A stretch of DNA of 64,000 nt from an uncultured Gammaproteobacteria bacterium. Lineage in GTDB: Bacteria > Pseudomonadota > Gammaproteobacteria > UBA6429 > Thiohalophilaceae. Within the stretch, counting starts at the first letter, position 1. Each line of letters starts with the position of its first letter. This document shows, one piece after another, positions 63,351 through 64,000 of the stretch. A program made the position numbers and the translations under genes. The notes below the pieces were generated by a model. The model saw only the letters and a program-made list of their open reading frames with translations, did not search any database and was not told the DNA's origin. Where the stretch lies: contig CALBTB010000010.1 of the NCBI GenBank assembly GCA_937967995.1, positions 25,410 to 89,409 on the forward strand. The letters run 5' to 3'.

Positions 63351-63644
63351 ATGGATTTACCAGAACGTGACGGTGACGGCTATTTGGTGGACATGAGCGC
63401 CTGGACACCTGAGATTGCCCGTGCCATGGCCGAAGTCGACGAGGTCGATATCGATGACACCAAATGGGAGCACATTCTCAAGGCGCGCGAATACTACGAT
63501 GAATTTGGGGTCGTGCCGCCGATTCGCAAATTTGCCAAGTACGTCGGTGAGGACCAGAAAGAGATGTTCAAGATGTGGATGACCGGCCCGATGAAGCCCA
63601 TCACCAAATACGGTGGTTTACCCAAACCTACCGGCTGTGTCTGA
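63351..63644 (+). CDS. tusE: TusE/DsrC-family sulfur-relay protein (TusE-like, with a single C-terminal Cys).
   Basis: A C-terminus ending ...KYGGLPKPTGCV, 97 aa. Confidence 0.85.
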   Translation: MDLPERDGDGYLVDMSAWTPEIARAMAEVDEVDIDDTKWEHILKAREYYDEFGVVPPIRKFAKYVGEDQKEMFKMWMTGPMKPITKYGGLPKPTGCV

Positions 63645-63671
63645 TGACAGCTAACGTGTCAGCCATATGCG

Positions 63672-63697
63672 AACGGCCGCTGTAGCGGCCGTTTTTG
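63672..63697 (+). terminator. Rho-independent terminator (aacggccgc-tgta-gcggccgtt, then ttttg).
   Basis: A 9-bp GC-rich stem with a T-run. Confidence 0.75.
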
Positions 63698-63789
63698 ATT
63701 AAACGGGTTGAGTGCTGGTGGCCTGATAACCACCATCTTGATAACATGGTGTCATAACAATTAATTGAGTGAGCCAGGGTAATCACATC

Positions 63790-64000
63790 ATGAAGCAAGC
63801 CATATGCAATCTGTTGGGTGTGACAGGATTGTTACTGGCAATACCGGTTATTGCTGATACCTCTGCAACAAACATCTCCCAGCAGCAGATTGAAGAATGT
63901 CGTGCGAATCGTAGTGTGCCGAATTACGCAAAAATTCGTACTCTGATCGATGACAGGCAGTATGCCGCTGCGCTGGCCGGCATGGATGTGCCGAACGAAT
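63790..64000 (+). CDS. 3'-partial gene for a secreted protein of unknown function.
   Basis: An ATG at 63790 and a signal-peptide-like N-terminus (LLGVTGLLLAIPVIA). The frame is open to the window edge. Confidence 0.4.
   Translation, partial: MKQAICNLLGVTGLLLAIPVIADTSATNISQQQIEECRANRSVPNYAKIRTLIDDRQYAAALAGMDVPNE

Overview
The window reads as chromosomal DNA from a Gram-negative, probably gammaproteobacterial, genome (my inference from gene content), roughly 50% GC by eye, with about 62 protein-coding genes. No rRNA, tRNA, CRISPR array, transposase or prophage genes are evident. A contiguous nitrogen-scavenging supercluster sits at about 5.8-21 kb. It comprises a NicO-type nickel permease, ureDABCEFG, the urea ABC transporter urtABCDE and glnK-amtB, with sigma-54/NtrC-type promoter signals. 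Two paralogous Gcw_chp (TIGR02001) outer-membrane beta-barrel genes bracket the urease cluster. Housekeeping genes identified: comM, ubiK, a plsC-like acyltransferase, speE and speA, argS, priA, ttcA, metH, typA, cspA and tusE. Also present are qmcA/nfeD and flotillin-like SPFH pairs, a FetAB-like exporter pair, an AraC-HTH/MGMT Ada-like fusion, two CDGSH proteins and a Hanks kinase with a TPR domain. An AT-rich O-antigen island (rmlBADC, wzx, wzy-like with TPR, wbaP-like, two GT2 and a methyltransferase) spans about 43.8-55.4 kb. Non-coding observations are listed under findings. They include a 280-bp block of interleaved inverted repeats in a convergent intergenic region (25.95-26.23 kb) and three DnaA boxes upstream of priA. 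Several small ORFs under the 60-aa cutoff of the ORF track are also reported, plus sigma-70 and sigma-54 promoters and rho-independent terminators. I see no defence system, toxin-antitoxin pair or secondary-metabolite cluster. The candidates for new biology are accessory genes embedded in known loci, chiefly the Gcw_chp pair in the urea regulon, the long UrtB, the two CDGSH operons and the kinase operon. Alongside them are a cupin gene coupled to speA, the small unannotated ORFs, and the two structured non-coding regions.
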